This document shows, in pieces, positions 60,133 to 64,000 of a stretch of 64,000 nucleotides of DNA. Source of the stretch: Methylococcaceae bacterium UBA6146. GTDB taxonomy: Bacteria; Pseudomonadota; Gammaproteobacteria; Methylococcales; Methylomonadaceae. The position numbers and the translations under genes were made by a program. The notes below the pieces were generated by a model that was given only the letters and a program-made list of their open reading frames with translations, was not told the origin of the DNA and did no database searches. Positions within the stretch are counted from its first letter, which is position 1. Each line of letters opens with the position of its first letter. The stretch covers positions 221,317 through 285,316 of the forward strand of contig DIUY01000030.1 in NCBI GenBank assembly GCA_002422395.1, written 5' to 3'.

Positions 60133-60276
60133 CCATGTTTACAAAAAATAGCATTAACTGGTTCTTCACCCATCAGCTTGCTTGAATGCGTGATGGTTAA
60201 GCCGTGATTATTTACAGTTAAAGTTTAACCGTCGCCCCTGAGTGTCTGTTAAACCGACAGGACGCTATGCGCCCTG

Positions 60277-61323
60277 TCATTTAGAAAAGCCAATGAACTG
60301 CCGGTAAGGCGAATCCTGTTTCCAAGTGAATGCCTCGGTAAAATAATGCATTAACGCCAAATAGCCTAACACCCCGACAGTAACGGCTTTACGGATTTCA
60401 ACTTCAAACAAAGTTGTGCTTATCAGATTGACGGCATCATCACCATAGGCCTGTAACGCAAACGCCAAACCAAATGACAATAGCGGCAAGACAACAAAAA
60501 TAGGCACATTGCAGTAGGCCGCATAACGGTACATAAAATTCTGTGCTTGCCGGTGATGCTTGTTGTAATCATGCGTGACATAAAAAATATACGCCGTCGC
60601 ATCGTGTACCAAGCGAGGAATCATGATTGCCAAAAAATAATACTGCTGCACATAAAGATAAAAACTGCTTAAGACCAGAAACACATTAGCCCACAAAAAA
60701 TAACGGCTAAAGGTGGTGGTGCAGTACCGCTGGCATAGCGCCGCACTGCACACCAGGCAAAAACTTAACCCGCCCGCCATATACCGGATAAGTCCGGCCT
60801 GTTGCACATCTAGGCTGTTCTTAAGAAAAATCCCGACATAAATAAAAATCCCTGCCGTTATACTCAGCCACAATAGCAATTGGAACGCCCACCCTGGTAA
60901 TCGGCAAACGCCCCGCGCGATGCCATGCTGCTGCTTAAGGACATGATAAACCGTCCATGCGGCAACCATCACATACATCACTTTATAAGGGAGAAGCAAG
61001 CTGCCGAGGCCAAAAAAAATGGCAAGCGCTGCCGTCATTAATAGCAAACTGCGCCGATAACGCTGGATATAATCCCTGTTGCTAACCAGTATTAATGAGC
61101 TGGCAATAATATGTGGGGTTCCAAACAGGATTTGAAACAACAGGAAGTGGGACGGGCTGCTAGGCAATAATTGCTTCAAGCTACCCTGCAAAAACCAGCT
61201 ATCCGCCACCTGTAACACCAGACACAGGGGGATAATAAAATATAAACCCAGCAATAAGCGAAAAGAGACTGTAAGTTTGGGTTCAACGGTTAGGTTGTGC
61301 AGCGGGAGCGTAGATGCAGACAT
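60277..61323 (-). CDS. Polytopic membrane protein of unknown function with conserved-looking His motifs
   Basis: About nine hydrophobic segments; GTPHII, YHVLKQQHG, VHDAT, MHYFTE. Confidence 0.7.
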   Translation of the reverse strand: MSASTLPLHNLTVEPKLTVSFRLLLGLYFIIPLCLVLQVADSWFLQGSLKQLLPSSPSHFLLFQILFGTPHIIASSLILVSNRDYIQRYRRSLLLMTAALAIFFGLGSLLLPYKVMYVMVAAWTVYHVLKQQHGIARGVCRLPGWAFQLLLWLSITAGIFIYVGIFLKNSLDVQQAGLIRYMAGGLSFCLVCSAALCQRYCTTTFSRYFLWANVFLVLSSFYLYVQQYYFLAIMIPRLVHDATAYIFYVTHDYNKHHRQAQNFMYRYAAYCNVPIFVVLPLLSFGLAFALQAYGDDAVNLISTTLFEVEIRKAVTVGVLGYLALMHYFTEAFTWKQDSPYRQFIGFSK

Positions 61324-61461
61324 GGCGTTTTACCTTTTTCAATCGGGAATGCCTTGAGTGTTTTTTACTATTGACGAAATAGTGTGCGGCCATTCCAAAA
61401 CGGGTCGCCGATTATAACCCTGCATTTGATGACCATGCCACTTAACAATCAGCATTGAAAA

Positions 61462-61496
61462 CCGAAAGGCTTGTTAAAATGCAACAAACCTTTCGG
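61462..61496 (-). terminator. Probable terminator downstream of typA
   Basis: CCGAAAGG-TTTGTT...AACAA-G-CCTTTCGG followed by TTTT on the minus strand. Confidence 0.5.
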
Positions 61497-61535
61497 AAAA
61501 ACAACTATTTTTGAAATTTTGGCAACAAGACAATC

Positions 61536-61562
61536 AGTCAAACCAAAAGTGTTGGTTTGACT
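61536..61562. promoter_or_regulatory. Perfect 11-bp inverted repeat (operator-like)
   Basis: AGTCAAACCAA-AAGTG-TTGGTTTGACT. Confidence 0.35.
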
Positions 61563-61637
61563 TTAAGCGCTATATCTATGCAGGCAATATCACTAAAACA
61601 GTTTAGGATTTGGTGATTAATAACTCCCCCGACATTA

Positions 61638-61670
61638 AGACCTTACAGGTTTCAAAAACCTGCCAGGTCT
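61638..61670. repeat. REP-like palindrome
   Basis: AGACCTTACAGGTTTCAAAAACCTGCCAGGTCT. Confidence 0.55.
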
Positions 61671-61714
61671 CTACTGTTTCAGTGATAATTTAGGGAAGTT
61701 AGTTAGCCAAACCC

Positions 61715-63526
61715 TTAGCTTTTAGCGGCTCTTTTCCGCTCATTTTCTGTCAACAATTTTTTGCGCAAACGTATCGACTTAGGCGTGACTTCCACCAACT
61801 CATCCTCAGCAATAAACTCCAACGCTTGCTCAAGGGTTAATTTTTGAATCCGTGCCAACACCAAACTTTCATCAGTGCCTGACGCGCGGACGTTAGTCAA
61901 TTGTTTCGGTTTGCAGGGGTTGACGCATAAATCATTGCTGCGGGAATGCAGGCCGACTAACATGCCTTCGTAAACTTCATCACCATTAACTAACAGCAGT
62001 TCGCCGCGTTCTTGAAGCGGATGCAATGAATAAGTCACGGCTTTGCCAGCAACCATTGAAATCATCACGCCGCGTAGGCGATTACCGACTTCACCCGGTT
62101 TCATCGGGCCGTAATGATCGAACACATGGTAAAGCAGGCCAGAACCTGATGTTGCCGTCATAAATTCGGTCTGGAAACCAATCAGGCCGCGTGAAGGCAT
62201 CATATATTCAAGACGGATACGGCCTTTGCCGTCTGGCACCATATTGGCCAAATCGCCTTTACGATCCCCCAGTTTTTCCATGATAGTGCCTTGGTGCTCT
62301 TCTTCGACTTCGATAGTCACCATTTCGAAAGGCTCACACTTTTTACCATCAATTTCTTTAATGATAACCTCTGGACGTGACACGCCCATTTCAAAACCTT
62401 CGCGGCGCATGTTCTCAATCAGCACCGACAAATGCAATTCACCACGGCCTGACACTTTAAATTTATCAGGGTCGGCTGTGTCTTCAACTTTTAACGCGAC
62501 GTTGTGTTGCAATTCTTTTTCTAAACGGTCACGAATCTGACGGGTAGTGACAAACTTGCCTTCCCGACCGGCAAACGGTGAGTTGTTGACCTGAAACGTC
62601 ATAGTCACAGTGGGTTCATCAACCGTTAGCGGCGGCATGACCTCTACCGCATCGGGACTGCAGATAGTGTCAGAAATTTCCAGCTTTTCAATACCGGCAA
62701 AGGCGATGATGTCACCGGCACGCGCTTCCTGCACTTCAACCCGCTCCAGGCCATGAAAGCCATAAATTTGCAGCATACGTCCCTTACGCTCAACCCCTTC
62801 GCGATTGACAATAACCAACGGTTGGTTAGGTTTGATGCTGCCTCGTTGGATACGGCCAACACCAATGACGCCGACGTAAGTGTTGTAATCCAGACTAGAA
62901 ACTTGCATCTGGAAAGGGCCATCCATGTCAACCGGCGGCGGGTTTACTTTGGCAACAATAGTTTCAAACAGTGGAGTCATGTCGCCGCCAGTGATGGTGT
63001 GCTCCAAACCTGCGTAACCATTGATTGCCGAAGCAAAGACAATAGGAAAGTCGAGCTGCTCATCAGTGGCGCCTAGGCGGTCAAACAGATCAAAGGTTTG
63101 ATCGACCACCCAATCAGGACGCGCGCCCGGACGGTCGATTTTATTGATGACAACAATCGGTTTCAAACCGAGCGCAAAGGCTTTTTGTGTGACAAAACGC
63201 GTTTGTGGCATCGGGCCGTCAACCGCATCGACTAACAATAAAACTGAATCAACCATCGACAACACCCGCTCCACTTCGCCCCCGAAGTCAGCATGGCCTG
63301 GTGTGTCGACTATATTGATGTGATAGCCGTTCCAGTCTAACGCCGTATTTTTTGCCAAAATGGTGATGCCACGTTCTTTTTCAATATCGTTGGAATCCAT
63401 TATTCGCTCGGTCACTTTGGCATGGGCGGCAAAGGTTCCTGACTGTTGCAGCAATTTATCAACCAAGGTGGTCTTACCGTGGTCAACGTGGGCAATAATG
63501 GCGATATTTCTTAATTTTTCAATCAC
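61715..63526 (-). CDS. typA: Translational GTPase TypA/BipA
   Basis: [59 protein letters not shown]. Confidence 0.97.
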   Translation of the reverse strand: MIEKLRNIAIIAHVDHGKTTLVDKLLQQSGTFAAHAKVTERIMDSNDIEKERGITILAKNTALDWNGYHINIVDTPGHADFGGEVERVLSMVDSVLLLVDAVDGPMPQTRFVTQKAFALGLKPIVVINKIDRPGARPDWVVDQTFDLFDRLGATDEQLDFPIVFASAINGYAGLEHTITGGDMTPLFETIVAKVNPPPVDMDGPFQMQVSSLDYNTYVGVIGVGRIQRGSIKPNQPLVIVNREGVERKGRMLQIYGFHGLERVEVQEARAGDIIAFAGIEKLEISDTICSPDAVEVMPPLTVDEPTVTMTFQVNNSPFAGREGKFVTTRQIRDRLEKELQHNVALKVEDTADPDKFKVSGRGELHLSVLIENMRREGFEMGVSRPEVIIKEIDGKKCEPFEMVTIEVEEEHQGTIMEKLGDRKGDLANMVPDGKGRIRLEYMMPSRGLIGFQTEFMTATSGSGLLYHVFDHYGPMKPGEVGNRLRGVMISMVAGKAVTYSLHPLQERGELLLVNGDEVYEGMLVGLHSRSNDLCVNPCKPKQLTNVRASGTDESLVLARIQKLTLEQALEFIAEDELVEVTPKSIRLRKKLLTENERKRAAKS

Positions 63527-63706
63527 TTTGTGTTTACTCTAAGGGTTAATAAATAGGGATTAGCCAGATCATGTGATGGCTTGGTTAAAATAGGGTTGAA
63601 AGAAGGGCGGCGAGTCGTATTGTAAAGTTTCCAACGCAGTGATTGACAAACAATCCGGTCTATTATCGCACCCATTAGGATAGGGTCAAGAAATCAGTCT
63701 TACGGC

Positions 63707-64000
63707 TTAACCCTTGCCACGGGTGCGGGTTGGAGATCTATCTTTAGCGGTTTCTATTGCTTCGAACCGTTTCTCAATAAATTGGACAATCAAATCGGCA
63801 ATATCTTTACCGCTCGCAGCTTCAATGCCTTTAAGCCCCGGCGATGAATTAACCTCCATAATGACCGGGCCGTGATTGGAGCGCAACATATCCACACCAC
63901 AGACATTTAGCCCCATAATTTTTGCCGCACGGACTGCGGTGGAGCGTTCCTCTGGCGTTAGGCGTATCAGACTGGCAGTGCCGCCCCGGTGTAAATTAGA
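63707..64000 (-). CDS. rimK: RimK-family alpha-L-glutamate ligase, C-terminal part (runs off the window edge)
   Basis: SNLHRGG...[40 protein letters not shown]. Confidence 0.9.
   Translation of the reverse strand, partial: SNLHRGGTASLIRLTPEERSTAVRAAKIMGLNVCGVDMLRSNHGPVIMEVNSSPGLKGIEAASGKDIADLIVQFIEKRFEAIETAKDRSPTRTRGKG

Noticed and set aside
230-63542. The many 60-270 aa ORFs overlapping the called genes on opposite strands or frames
   Set aside because: Shadow ORFs with no recognisable motifs; the overlapping long ORFs explain the sequence

Overview
Bacterial chromosomal segment, most likely from a type I (RuMP) methanotroph of the Methylococcaceae. This taxonomy is an inference from the PPi-dependent PFK, the gnd-zwf-pgl cluster and the repeat types. 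Most of the window is housekeeping DNA: glgP (partial), icd, gnd/zwf/pgl, recC, surE-pcm, uppP, rlmKL, pfp, mlaA, recQ, speE/speA, rnd, lptD-surA, amgK-murU, typA and rimK (partial). An accessory zone at about 34.7-52.2 kb holds (i) a controller/endonuclease/adenine-MTase type II R-M-like cassette next to a probable hicA remnant, (ii) a 13 kb minus-strand signalling cluster and (iii) an orphan vsr. In the cluster, three paralogous kinases lack a His-bearing Hpt. One of them carries FAD-type PAS, Cys-less LOV-like PAS and FixL-type heme PAS domains. They sit beside a 1441-aa EAL phosphodiesterase whose own kinase core is dead (His->Tyr, no ATPase domain) but whose REC-Hpt-REC-EAL chain is intact. 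This suggests a split O2/redox-to-c-di-GMP phosphorelay. The window also contains several families of ~90-110 bp miniature inverted-repeat elements, some with 8-bp target duplications, some nested, and one supplying a gene's start codon. A DnaA-box/IHF cluster lies at 24.0-24.2 kb and an AT-rich SulP + alpha-carbonic anhydrase pair at 26.3-28.8 kb. No tRNA, rRNA, CRISPR array or transposase was recognised. All calls come from reading the sequence by eye; no database searches were run.
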